Positions 17,800 through 30,800 of a DNA stretch of 64,000 bases are shown here, piece by piece (positions within the stretch are counted from its first letter, which is position 1; each line of letters opens with the position of its first letter). Where the stretch lies: positions 682,001 through 746,000 of the forward strand of contig MU008183.1 of assembly GCA_010909165.1 (NCBI GenBank), in the 5' to 3' direction. The position numbers and the translations under genes were made by a program. The notes under the pieces are model-generated. The model saw only the letters and a program-made list of their open reading frames with translations, did no database searches and was not told the DNA's origin. The stretch is from Anthoceros angustus (taxonomy: Eukaryota; Plantae; Anthocerotophyta).

Positions 17800-18384
17800 A
17801 GTCTGTGTGTGACTTTCTTTCTTTTCGGTGTACGCTACGAGGATATGCCACAGAATCTTTTCGATACTCACGTATAATACACGTATAATACGTGCCACAT
17901 CAGCTTCACGGGGTTCGTACGCGGGGAAAAAACATTCTATCACACGTTCATCGGCCTGGTGTTCCGATGGTGTCATACAGATGTTTTTTTGATGACGGTG
18001 TTAGGGTTTTCATCGGGTCTACACACAAACATGGCGGGCAACACATACACGTGAACTTTTGTTCGCAGGTATGGCCCGCGTTCGCCGAGAAACTGCCTGC
18101 AAATCCTCCGCTTACACATGCTGCTTTCACTATATATGCAGGAAGGACAGGATGTGGGAGCACCCACGCTTCGTGTGCTTGCCTACTAACATGCTTGTGT
18201 TGTGCTTGCGGTTGGATGTATGGGACCGCAGAAGATGATCGTAACTTCACCTTTCAAACCGAACATGCCAAAAACAAAGGTAATGCATTATGATCCGAAC
18301 ATGCTTCACACTATCCCTCCTCAACCTCATCAAACAGGCAATGTCACTGGCCCTACAAATCCACTTCCCCTACTGACACGCGAA

Positions 18385-21300
18385 TCGCCAGATGCTGCTC
18401 AACCAAAAACATCCGCATAGTCTGCGCCACACCTCATGGTGGAGCGCCACAACAAAAACACCTCCCTACGCCACGGCCGGAAGAGCCTCGAGCAGTCCTC
18501 CATCCTCTTGTGCTCCGAACTTGGCTCCTCCTCCGCACTGCTCGCCTGTGCCGCCTCCGTGGAGGGGCCGAATGTCCTCCGCACCGGACATGGGAGGTGC
18601 ACCCGATTGTGCCATGGCAGGCTGTGCACCACCCCTCGTGAGGTTGGGGAGGTGTTCATCCCCAGACCAATGGGAAGGGGGACCCCTAAACCGGAAGGCG
18701 TGGATGGGTCGAGAGGGTGGCTGTCCACCACCAAGAACTGCACTTGCACATTGGCCCGATGGCATGGAGGATGCGCCATTGCCGCTCATGTATTCCATGA
18801 ACGCAGCCGCAGCGGCATTTCCCATCGGCCGCGTTGTCGGCCCGGCCGCCGAGTCCGTCCATCACTCCCTCCATGTCGGTGCGGGACCTCGAGGTTGCGC
18901 ACCTTCTCCACCACTTCAAGAAGGAGGCCGATGTCATGGCGCGGCCGATTGCAATCGCATTGACTTCGCCACATACCATACTCCCGAGCTCCATTGAGCC
19001 GGATGCCCCACCTTGTTGCGGTGCTCAAGTGGCCCCTCCCACCGTGCTGGCCCCATTCACGCCTCGGCGGCACCGGGTTCGCCCGACTCCGCCTTGCTTC
19101 TCGCCCCACCTCCTCCGCCGCCTGCCTCGCTCACGCACCTCTTCCTCTTCCGGTGCCGCCGGGCTGCCTCGAGCTCAACGATGAGCTCGGCGCCTCTTCT
19201 CTGCCGCCTCCTCGCCTCCAGCCAGCGCCGCCTGCTCGATCTTCCGACGACGCCCCACCAGAGATAGCGGATGCGAAGTTCCTGCTGTCAGATGACCTCA
19301 GAGGGCCTCGGTCTGCCCACTCTGGCCCACACCGCAAACCCAACTGCATATATGAGTACTGCATGGCAAAGTTCACCACTTGCAACCAAGATTACGAGGC
19401 ATGACAATGACAATCGAACCCACCAAAGATTGTCAAACACATTGCGCCACGGCGGATTGTGCGTGATCACTTACCATCTGAGTCTTCCGATTGTTGTCCG
19501 GCCGCGCCTCGCCCTTCTGCTCGCAGAACCCCCACGCCCATCGTCAGTCACTGTGGGCGCCTCCTCCTCCGCTTCTCTCCACTCACCGAAGCGCCCGACG
19601 GCTCCTTCCTACGGAGCCGCTTGCCCCACCATCCTCACGCCTCGCCCCACCTCCTCCGCCCCACGGGCACGCCCGAGAAGGAGGCGCAAGGGATGCCCGG
19701 TCCTCCGCCCGCATGCGCCTGTTTGCCCGCCTTTGGCGCAACCACATGGGTTTTCAGCCGCGTGCAGGCATGGTCCTACGCCTGAAGGTCGCTGCAGCCG
19801 CCGCCTCGAGCAGTCCTCCATCCTCACGCCTCCATCGCAGCCGCCGCTCGCCTGTGGCCGCCTCCATCGCAGCCGCCGCCCGCCCCACCATCCTCACGCC
19901 TCCTCCGCCCGCCCCACGCCTCCTCCTCCGCCCCACCGGTGCTGGCCCCATTCACGCCTCCTCCGCCTCCGCCTCAGCCGCCGCATGCCGCTCAACCAAA
20001 AACATCCGCATAGTCTGCGCCACACCTCATGGTGGAGCGCCACAACAAAAACACCTCCCTACGCCACGGCCGGAAGAGCCTCGAGCAGTCCTCCATCCTC
20101 TTGTGCTCCGAACTTGGCTCCTCCTCCGCCGCTCGCCTGTGGCCGCCTCCGTGGAGGGGCCGAATGTCCCTCCGCACCGGACATGGGAGGTGCACCCGAC
20201 AGCATGGCAGGCGGCAGTGCACCACTGCCCTCGTGAGGTTGGGGAGGTGTTCATCCCGGCACCAATGGGAAGGGGGACCGGAACCGGAAGGCGTGGCCGG
20301 GGACAGCTGTCGAGAGGGTGCCCCACCACCAAAGAACCGCACTTGCACATTGGCCCGATGGCATGGAGGATGCGGCCATTCGTTTCAGAGTTTCCATGAA
20401 CGCAGCAGCGGCATTTCCCATCGGCCGCGTTGTCGGCCCGGCCGTCGAGTCCGTCCATCACTCCTCCATGTCGCAAGTGGACCTCGAGGTTGCGCACCTT
20501 CTCCACCACTTCAAGAAGGAGGCCGATGGCGCCTGGCTGATGGCTGCATTGATTGACTTCGCCGCTGCTACCATACTCCCGAGCTCCATTGAGCCGGATT
20601 GCCCCACCTTGTTGCGGCCTTGGGCGGTGGCCCCTCCCACCGGTGCTGGCCCCATTCACGCCTCCTCCGGCACGGGGTTCGCCTCCGCACTCCGCCTTGC
20701 ATCTTGGCTCGCCCCACGGGGCCCGCCTGATCGCTAGGTCCGCCACTGCTCGGCCGCACCTCTTCCTCTTCCGGTGCCGCCACGCTGCCGCCTCGAGCTC
20801 AACGATGAGCTCGGCCAGCTTTCTCTCGCCTTGCCGCCTCCTCCGCCTCAGCCGCCGCCAGCCTCCGCTCGCCGCAGCCGCCGCCTGCTCGATCTTCCGA
20901 CGACGCCCACGCCCCAGAGTAGCGGATGCGAACGAAGTTCCTGCTGGCTGAGATGACCCCGTAGGGCCTCGGTCTCGCCCACTGGCCCACACCGCAAACC
21001 CAACTCGCGGACATATGAGTACTGTGCATGGCAAAGTTCACCACTTGCAACCAAGATTACGAGGCATGACAATGACAATCGAACCCACCAGCATTGTCAA
21101 ACACATTGCGCCACGGATTGTGCGTGATCACTTACCATCGAGTCTTCCGATTGTTGTCCGCCGCCTCGCCTTCGCTCGCAACCCCACGCCTCCATCGCCG
21201 TCCGGCGCCTCCTCTCCCTCCTGGTCGTTCTCCTCCACTCTCACCGGAAGCGCCTCCTCCTGAGCCGCTTGCCCCACCATCCTCACTGCCCGTCCACCTC

Positions 21301-22480
21301 CTCCGCCGCCGCCCCACGGCACGCCTCGACAGGCGGATGCCCGGTCCTCCGCCCGCATGCGCCTCCTCCGCCCCACCGGTGCTGGCCCCATTCACGCCTC
21401 CAAGCACCGGGTTCGCCTCCGCCCGCCGTGAAGCGATTGCCCGCCGCCGGCCGCCTCGAGCTCAACGATGAGCTCGGCCGCACCCTCCATCGCAGCCGCC
21501 GCCGCCGCCACCGCCTCCACGCCACCGCCTGCTGCCGCCTCCATCGCAGCCGCCGCCCCACGCCGGGCCGCATGCACCGCCGCCGCCGCCACCGCCTCGC
21601 CGCAGCCCAGACCATCCGCATGCAATCGCCCTCACCGCTTCTCCGTGTTTGCTGCAGTGTCATCTCCGCATACAGCTGGGTCGAAAGGCACCTCAGCCGC
21701 CGCTTGTTGGGATCGCCTCAGCCGCCGCCACCGCCTCCACGCCGCCACGCCGCCACCGCATCGCAGCCTTCGACCGAGCCCCTCCGCCCGCCATGCCTCG
21801 GCCGGGGCCGCCTTCAAGCATTGCCCGCCACGTCAGCAAGCTCGTGGCGCTCGACCGCCTCCAACTGTGGTACAAGCTCCGACTCTATGTTTTAAAAAGT
21901 CCAAGAAATTTCCTTCCACTAATTTGATAGAAAGCAATTGATCTTGAGCATATAGCCTAAATGTGCGCTGCTAGGTATGTAGAGGCCATATGATGAGGAT
22001 CCATCTTGAGCCACATCATGATTTGGCCCAAAGGGGTCACCGAACACCCTTCCTACATCTGACTCGCAAGAAGGCCACATGATGAGGATCCATCCGAGCA
22101 CATCGGATTTGGCCCACCGGCCGCCGGCCGGGCCCCTTCCTACATCGACCTCCAGCAAGAAGGCCACATGTGATGAGGATCCATCTTCGCCACACTGGGT
22201 CGCGCTGACATGACTGGCCCATGCCTCGGGGCAGGCCGCTGCCTCCACGCCACCGCCGCTCTGCCGCCGCCGGAGCAGTGAAGCGATTGCCCGCCCGCCG
22301 CCGGCCATCGCCATTTCCTCATCGCCGCCACCGCCGGCCGGTGCGCCCATAGTGCCCCCGCCCGCCATGCCTTCCAAGGCGCCTCCTCCTCCGCCCCGGC
22401 TACCGACATGGGTGTGTCGAGCTCCATGTCTTCCACCGCCGCCGCCGCCCATATCGCAAAACGCCTATGCTCGTGAGCTT
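18385..22480 (-). other. Transposon cargo unit A: GC-rich, internally repeated, coding-like, unidentified
   Basis: An approximately 1.6-kb module occurs twice (about 18390-19980 and 19985-21470) plus shorter ccgcc-rich repeats. Overlapping ORFs on both strands; G-rich strand is minus, so the strand call is inference. Confidence 0.4.
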
Positions 22481-22829
22481 CCACTTTGAAAAGTGGCACT
22501 TGAGTTCTTGAGTGAAGAGCCGCCCAACTTGCGCCTAAATCAAGAAAGCCGCCTCTGTTCCATTTTCACCGGCATTTGGCACCCCAATGCATCACTGCTG
22601 CCACCAGCGCACTGCTTTGGCCGCTCGCCAACCGCATGCCGCAGCTATTCGCCCAACACCACTGCTGGATGGCTGATGTTGCCACGCCGCTTTCCGATAC
22701 CGGTTCCAACCTTCTAACCGCTTACAGCTTGCTTGAGTCCGGACTTTGACCGCTAGTCAACCTACCACTTCCTTTTTCCGATGTGTTCTCGCCATCTATC
22801 CATGGCATCTACACGATTTGCCTTTCCCC

Positions 22830-24640
22830 GCCTTGCATGCCTATAAATAGGAAGAAAAGTCCTTCGATTTGGACCAATGTCACATGTGCATTGCCTATGG
22901 ATGGCATCCACATGGTATGTATGCATGATGGCTGGTTGTCATGCATCCGAACATTTGTACCTAGATGTCGTGCCATGGCACAATCCATGTATGTGCACCG
23001 TCATGCATGTCGGAAGGGTACCATGACATATAAAGGTCACGTGCGGTATAGAAGACATAAAAATCAAAACCCAAGGAAAAGGTGCCACGACACGATCTAC
23101 GTAGACATGGTCACATGCATCACTGTCAACGGGCATCATGCATGTCGGAAGGGTACCATGACACATATAAAGGTCACGTGCGGTATAGAGAAGACATAAA
23201 AATCAAAACCCAAGGAAAAGGTGCCCACGACACGATCTACGTAGACATGGTCACATGCATCACCGTCAACCGCATCATGCATACATACCATGTGCATGTG
23301 CATCGTGATATATGTTCGACGGTACTCGACACATACATACGCCAACGAATCTATATACAAAAGACCTAAAAATCAAAACCCAAGGAAAATGTGCACATGG
23401 AAAGCACATGGTATGCATGCATGTAGGATGGATGGTTGACATGTGAAGTATGTGAACATGTATACCTAGATGCTCGTCATGGGCACCTTTTCCATCTATG
23501 TGCATCGTGATGCATGTTCGGCAGTGGTACTATGACACATATATAGGTCGATCTATATTCAAACTACGTAAACACCATAACCCAAGGAAAAGGCGAGTAC
23601 GTTCTTGGTGCATGAATATCAATTGTTCAAGGCCAAGGACAAGTGGGATTACAAATATACCTAACTGCCTACCATCGACTGTGAGGTGGCACTCCATCAA
23701 CAGTTCCCGGTTTTTTTTGCCTATATATGTGGGCTACCCAACCATGGACTACCAACTACACGCTACTTGCCTATCCCTGCCCTACCTGCCTATATATAGG
23801 AAGAAACGTCCTTGGCCTTTGGACCACGTCCTGTGGTGTATGTGAACATGTCTACCTAGATGCTGTGTCATGGCACAATCAACCTATGTGCATCGCGATG
23901 TTTGTAAGGCACAGTACTACGGCACATATATAGGTCACCGCACCTATATAGAAAATACCTGAAAATCATAAACCAAGGAAAAGGGCTAGTAGGTTGTTAA
24001 CTGCATAAATATCATTTGTTCAAAGGCCAAGGAGAAGTAGGACTCTAAATAGATCTAGTGCCTACCATCGTCTGAGGTGGTGCTTCATCGAGAGTCCCGG
24101 TGGTTTTGCCTATATGTGGGCTACCCAACCTATGATTCTTCGATTGTACATGTTTGTCATAAAGGATAGGCAGCCATACGTCCCTTCTTTTCTCTTTTCC
24201 CTCTTCTCACCTTTGGGAACCGCATTGTCTAGTGGGAGCGACGTGCGGTTGTCGCAATGGGCGCCCTATGTACCGCAATGGTCACTAAGCGGTCGCAATG
24301 GTCGATAGGTACTTGCTTTCATTTGGTGATTCTCGGTTTGGTCCAAAGGCCAAGGTCTTCCTTCCATTCATTGATTGACATATTGGTGCAAAGGCCAAGG
24401 AGTTTTGTTCCCTTCATTGCCAATGTGAAAGCTCCAAAGGCCAATGAGTATTTTCCCTTTCATGACGCCGGGATGGTCCAAAGGGAAGGCCTTGTCTTCG
24501 TATATATAGGCGTGAGGATAGGCAAGTACCGTGTAGTTGGGAAATGGATTTTCTTCCTACACTTGAATCGGACCTTACATTCGGACCATTCGTCAATCCA
24601 GAGTACATTTTAGTCCTTGGCCTTTGGGCGTCAACGGAAA
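22830..24640. repeat. Left internal minisatellite/foldback arm (about 140-200 bp units)
   Basis: Units such as catgcatgtcggaagggtaccatgac...ccaaggaaaaggtgcc recur (gatctacgtagacatgg at 23094 and 23234); local inverted pairs 23212-23300/23400-23492 and 23751-23800/24500-24540. Confidence 0.85.
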
Positions 24641-24651
24641 AATCATGTCAT

Positions 24652-24727
24652 GAACTAGTCCTCCCGGCCGAATGACGAAAACAACGATGTTGTTTTCGTC
24701 ATTGGGCCAAAGGCCGAGGACTAGTTC
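24652..24727. repeat. Compound palindrome (hairpin/cruciform)
   Basis: aatgacgaaaacaac-gat-gttgttttcgtcatt (15-bp perfect stem, 3-nt loop) nested in gaactagtcctc...gaggactagttc (12-bp perfect stem). Confidence 0.95.
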
Positions 24728-24849
24728 CGCCATGATCTGACATGAAAACGAAACACCGTTGTGCTTTGGACCTCGACCACTACAGTGTGCAAATTATTAG
24801 GCTTTGGACCGATAAATCATCGCGACTGCCCTTGGTTTGCGAAACACCA

Positions 24850-27800
24850 AACTTATGGAGGAGTATAAAGTGCCCTTTGCTACCGCCATTCCACAACCAC
24901 TCTTCCACTCGCGATCGCGCCATTGCTATTATGAGCAGCGCCGCCATCGCCACCCGAGCAAGAGCTATGCCTCCGGTGATTGCGGCGCCGCAATAAATGC
25001 ACCTCCTTTGGAGGCCATTCCTGCGCCTCCCGCCACCGATCGCCGCCCGCCTCCACCGCATTCAAGGACCTTCCTCCCACCGCATAAGGCACCGCAACGG
25101 ATGGTGTGCGCGTGCGAGTGGGCTCACCATACCGATGATGCACCAAAGCGCCTTCCTCCGCATCCGCAGATGCACTGCATCCCCGTCTTCCACACGCTTC
25201 AAACTCCTCGGCGTCATGCCCAAGACCTCACCGGCCGGAATGCGTGGCCCAAACCGCCTGTCTCATCCGAGCACCGCACTGGAACCGCAGCCGACCGCAC
25301 TTCCACGCCGCACACTTCTGCTTGTCTTCTTCCGCCGTCAGCTCGCATCCGATGTACAAGAAGAACTTTGAGCTGTCCACCTCGGATTGTCGCAATGACA
25401 ACAACCTTGCTCGGGCCGCACCACCCTCGCAGCCGCCATGCGTGCACGCTCCATGGAAGACCTTCCGCCTCAAAACCTCACCGCTGCACCTCTTTCCATT
25501 TCCCCAATGTGGTTGTCGCAGCCGCAGCCGATTGGAACCTCCGGATGCACTTCCGCTCCGCCATTCGACCGCCCGCAAATGCCACCGCCAACCCTACGGT
25601 TTCCGTATTATTGCGCCCGACCTTGTTTACATCCATTCTCAATTGGTGACGGAAAGCAATCACGTGAGGCCGTCTTTCTGCTGTGGTGCCGCTTTCGAGA
25701 TCCGCCATCGCAAACCAAGAAGTGAGTGCGGACAGTCAAAGTCTCTTCACATTAGTGCCCTCTTGCGGGGCGGGACAAACACAACCGAAAACCACTTGCC
25801 TCTCTAATGAAACGCAGTCCGACTCGAGGCCGGCCTTTCAAGCCGCCCCATACACGGAGTTCATGCGGATGGCTTCGCCACCCGCGTGGCCATCACGAGC
25901 TTGAGACATAGAGCGGGAGAGTGCGGAGCACGTCCTCCGAGTGCCCAAATGCCCGAGGGGAACTTGCCCGACCACCATTGGCACCGCTTCCGAAGTAAAC
26001 TCGCCCGTGATGAAGGTGAGCGCGCTCTATCGCCGAATGACATCTCTCGACGATTTCACGAACATTTCTCAACCGCGTGCCCTCGAATCTCACTCCGAGA
26101 ACGCTCGCCTGCATCCATGCGTGGCGTTGAAGAACTTGGTGACACTCTCAAACGTGCACTCCCTAGACACTCCAACATGGCCCTCTTGTCCGGTGTGCAC
26201 CACATGCCGGAACCCTCTCCCACCCACCCGCCAACGCGTGCACCCGGTGAATAAAAGCTGGTCACCTTCTTCCGACGCGCCACCGCCGCCGGACATGCGA
26301 GGGCTTGGTCGGCCACATGCTTGAAAAATCCGGAGCCTGCGCCATCGGACCAACGGCCGATGAAATCGCAGCCGCCCTCTTCGCCCGCCGAGCCGCTTCT
26401 TCTTGGAGGATGGCCATGAGTGGGTGGGTTGTCAACATATCCGTCTTAAAAGCCCTCTTCAACGCCTCCTCTCTGTGCCCGCATCCTTCCACTCCTTGTG
26501 CACGCCATCCTTTTGGCTCCCTAGTGCGTGCGCGAGTGTGGCAAATGTCATGGGACGACTCACCTCAATGCCATTTGACAGCAGCATGTAGAGCAGGTGG
26601 CCGAAGAACATGGCCTGCACAAGGAGGCATCTGCCGTCGTCAGCGCACCTGCACATTTTGCATCAATTAACAGCCAAATATCTTACCATGCTGCGCTGTA
26701 GGGGGTCGGATGCACTCCTGTGGCTGATGTGGTAATGTGTAGCACCGGCAGCAACGTTGCGTTCGAACACGCCGTCCACAAATGACGGCGACTCCCAGAA
26801 TTGCTTCCAGGCCTCGCTGATGCACCGTCGTAGGCCCGCCTGCGTCCACTGTTCCAACCTCGTGGACTACATCACCACCGCCCCTGCACTGTGCGATCGC
26901 ACTCTAAACGGTGGAAAGGTCCCTCCCGCCGGGAAATTGTCGAGCACCATGCCCGCCTCAACCCGCAATCACCAAAGCCGCTGCCAACCCCATCGCCGTG
27001 CCCACTGCAATAATGGCATCTTCGCACTCACCGAGGGTTAGGATGTCCTCGAATCGCCGCTCCCGCTCCGCTCGGACGGCATACATGAGCCTTCTCGGTC
27101 ATCGCAAACCGTGATCGCAGCGGCGCATCGGCGCTTCCGCCGCCGGACATGCGAGGGCTTGGTCGGCCACATGCTTGAAAAATCCGGAGCCTGCGCCATC
27201 GGACCAACGGCCGATGAAATCGCAGCCGCCCTCTTCGCCCGCCGAGCCGCTTCTTCTTGGAGGATGGCCATGAGTGGGTGGCTTGTCAACATATCCGTCT
27301 TAAAAGCCCTCTTCAACGCCCTCGTGCCCGCATCCTTCCACTCCTTGTGCACGCCCTTTTGGCTCCCTAGTGGCGAGTGTGGCAAATGTCATGGGACGAC
27401 TCACCTCAATGCCATTTGCCACAAAGATGTAGTGTGGTCAAGAACATGGCTCGCACAAGGAGGCATCTGCCCGACCGCACATTTTGCATCAATTGATGCC
27501 ATATATCTTACCATGTCACGTAGGGGGTCGGATGCACTCACGATGTGGTAATGTGTAGCACCGCCGAACGCTATGCTCAACACGCCCACAAATGACGGCG
27601 ACTCCTGCATTGCTTCCAGCCTCGCCGATGATGCACCGTCGTAGGCCCGCCCGCCCATGCTCCAACCTCACATCACCACCGCCCCTGCACTGTGCAAGAT
27701 CGCACTCTAAACGGTGGAAAGGTCCCTCCCCGCGAAATTGTCATCAGCTTGTTGGCACTCCATGCCCGCCTCAACCCGCAATCACCAAAGCCGCGCGTTA

Positions 27801-30800
27801 ACCCCATCGCCGTGCCCCAGCAATAATGGCATCTTGCACTCACCGGAGGGTTAGGATGTCCTCGAATCGCCGCCTCCGCCCGCTCGGACGGCATACGAGC
27901 CTTCATTACCGCAAACCGTGATCGCGGCATCGCGCCCGCCGACGCTGTGCCGGCCGCTTTCTCCGCCTCCGCCGCCTGAAGCGACCCACCGGCGGTGGCC
28001 GCGTGCGCCGGAGCATCTCCTCCTCATCCATCGCGAACCTCAAGTTGGTGCTGCTGTCCGTGCAACTCTTCCGCCGTCATGGAGCGAAGGTCTAGTCGGT
28101 CGTCCATGTCCTCGAGAAGGCGGACCAGCCCGGGGAGACGCCGCGGCGAAGAACCCCTCGGATGGTGGTGGCGGTCGAACATTTCCGGCCCATGCCTTGG
28201 ACCATCTGGATGCAAAGCGAGCCCTTCCGCCGAAGTTCGGCTCTGCGCTGTCCACGAGATGTTGCCTTGCAAGCGCAGCCCGCTGCATCTGCCGGGCCCG
28301 CCATTCCCGCCTTCTCCGCAAGTGACCCAAAATTTCAAGAAAAGAAGCTCCTCCGCGATGGCTCGCCGCCCGCCGACGCCCGCCGCCTTCCACTGCGGTG
28401 GTGTGTGCCGGAGCTCTTCCACAACTAAGAAGGTCCGCTTGCCATGCCGGAGAGCCTCCTCCCGCCTCCGCGCGAGACGCCCATCAACGCACGGCACGCG
28501 CGCCGCCCGCGGGACTTCGTGGCGCCCGCCCACGGCAGGCTCAGGCTGGCTGTTGGCCTTGAGGGAGAGGAAATTGTGCGCCCTCCCCACATGTCCCGAG
28601 GCGGGTGGGATGCGGGTGCCTCCAAGGTCGGGATGCCGGACGACGGCGTTGTTGAACTCTTCCTCCGAGCGCGCCACGACCACCGCTGCCACCGCCCGCT
28701 ATCCCTCCCATCCTGACATCCACTTCTTCCTCCTCAACCCGCCATACACCTCCGGCGGGCGACGCCCGCCGCCTTCTCCGCACCGCAGAGGTGTAAATTG
28801 CGCGTCACGTCCCGGATGTACAGATTTGCATCGCCAAGACTGTGACGCTGCCGCTGGGGGAAATTGACAGAATGTCGCCGATACACGGACTTGTGTGCGC
28901 GACGAATCATGCATGGACCACAAAGCGCCCGGCCCTGCATCGCCACCGGCTTGTCGAATAGAGCCTCGCACGCCATCCTTTTGGCTCCCTAGTGCGCGCG
29001 AGTGTGGCAAATGTCATGGGACGACTCACCTCAATGCCATTTGCCGAAAGATGTAGAGCGGTGGTCAAGAACATGGCTCGCACAAGGAGGCATCTCGCTG
29101 CCGTCACACACATTTTGCATCAATTGATGCCATATATCTTACCATGTACTGTAGGGGGTCGGATGCACTCGTGGCGATGTGGTAATGTGTAGCACCGCCA
29201 ACGCTATGCTCAACACGCCCACAAATGACGGCGACTCCTGCACTGCTTCCAGCCTCGCCGATGCACCGTCGTAGGCCCGCCCACTGTTTCCAACCTCGTG
29301 GACTACATCACCAGCCCGTGCAGTGCGATCGCACTCTAAAGCGGTGGAAAGGTCCCTCCCCAGCGAAATTGTCGAGCTTGTTGGCACTCCATGCCCGCCT
29401 CAACCCGCAATCACCAAAGCCGGCGTGCAACCCCATCGGGCCCCATTGCAATAATGGCATCTTCGCACTCACCGGAGGTTAGGATGTCCTCGAATCGCCG
29501 CTCCCCGCCCGTTCGGACGGCATACATGAGCCTTCTGTCATCGAAACCCGCATCGCAGGCGGCATCGCGGCGCTTCCGCCGCCGGAATGCCAAGCGCGCG
29601 TGCCGTTCTTTCTCCGCCGCCTGCCTCTCCGCCTTCTCGCCTGCCGCCTGAAGCGACCCACATGCGGTGGCTGCGGTGCAGTCGGAGCATCTCGTCCTCA
29701 TCCATCGCGAACCTCAAGTTGGTGCTGTTCGCGTGTTCTGCAACTCTTCCGCCGTCATGGAGCGAAGGTCTAGTCGGTCGTCCATGTCCTCGAGAAGGCG
29801 CACCAGCCCGGCAGCTGGAGACGCACTGCGTGCGAAGAACCCCTGGATGGTGGCAGTGTCGAACATTTCCAGCCCGTCCATGCCTTGGACCATCTGGATG
29901 CAGGCGAGCCCTTCCGCCGAGTTCGTGCCTGCGCCCGTGTCCACGAGATGTTGCAGCCTTGCAAGCGCAGCCGCCCCCGCATCTGTTTCACAATCTGCCA
30001 TTCCTGCCTTCTCCTGCAAGTGACCCAAAATTTCGAAGAAAAGAAGCTCCTCCGCGATGGCTCGCCGGCCGCACGCCGCCTTCTCCGCCTTCCACTGCGG
30101 TGGTGTGCCGAGCTCTTCCACAACTAAGAAGGTCCGCCATGCCGCCGGAGAGCCTCCTCCGCCTCGCCGCGAGACGCCCATCAACGGCGCACGCTGCGGG
30201 CGCCCCGCTGGGGACGTGGCGCCCGCCCACGGGCAGCACCAGCCGCTGGCCTTGAGGGAGAGGAAAGCGTCCTCCCCACATGTCCCGAGGGTCGGCAGTG
30301 GGATGCGGGTGCCTCAAGGTCGGGGATGGACGACGGCGTTGTTGAACTCTTCCTCGAGCGCCACGACCACCGCCGCCACGCCCGCTATCCCTCCCATCCT
30401 GACATCCACTTCTTCCTCCTCCCAACCCCGCCCCACCTCCGGCGGGCGACGCCCGCCGCCTCGCATCTCCGCACCGCAGAGGTGTAAATTGCCGCCCCGA
30501 TGTACAAGATTTGCATCACCAAGACTTGCCGCTGGGGGAAATTGACAGAATGTCGGATACACCGGACTTGTGTGCGCGACGCGGCGATGCGGACCACAAA
30601 GCGCCCGGCCCTGCATCGCCACCAGCTTGTCGAATAGAGCCTCGCACCTCCGCACCGCAGAGGTGTAAATTGCGTCACGTCCCGGATGTACAGATTTGCA
30701 TCACCACAAGACTCGGACCTCTGCGCGGGGAAATTGACAGAATGTCGCCGATACACGGACTTGTGTGCGGACGCAACGGCATGCGGACCACAGCCCGTCC

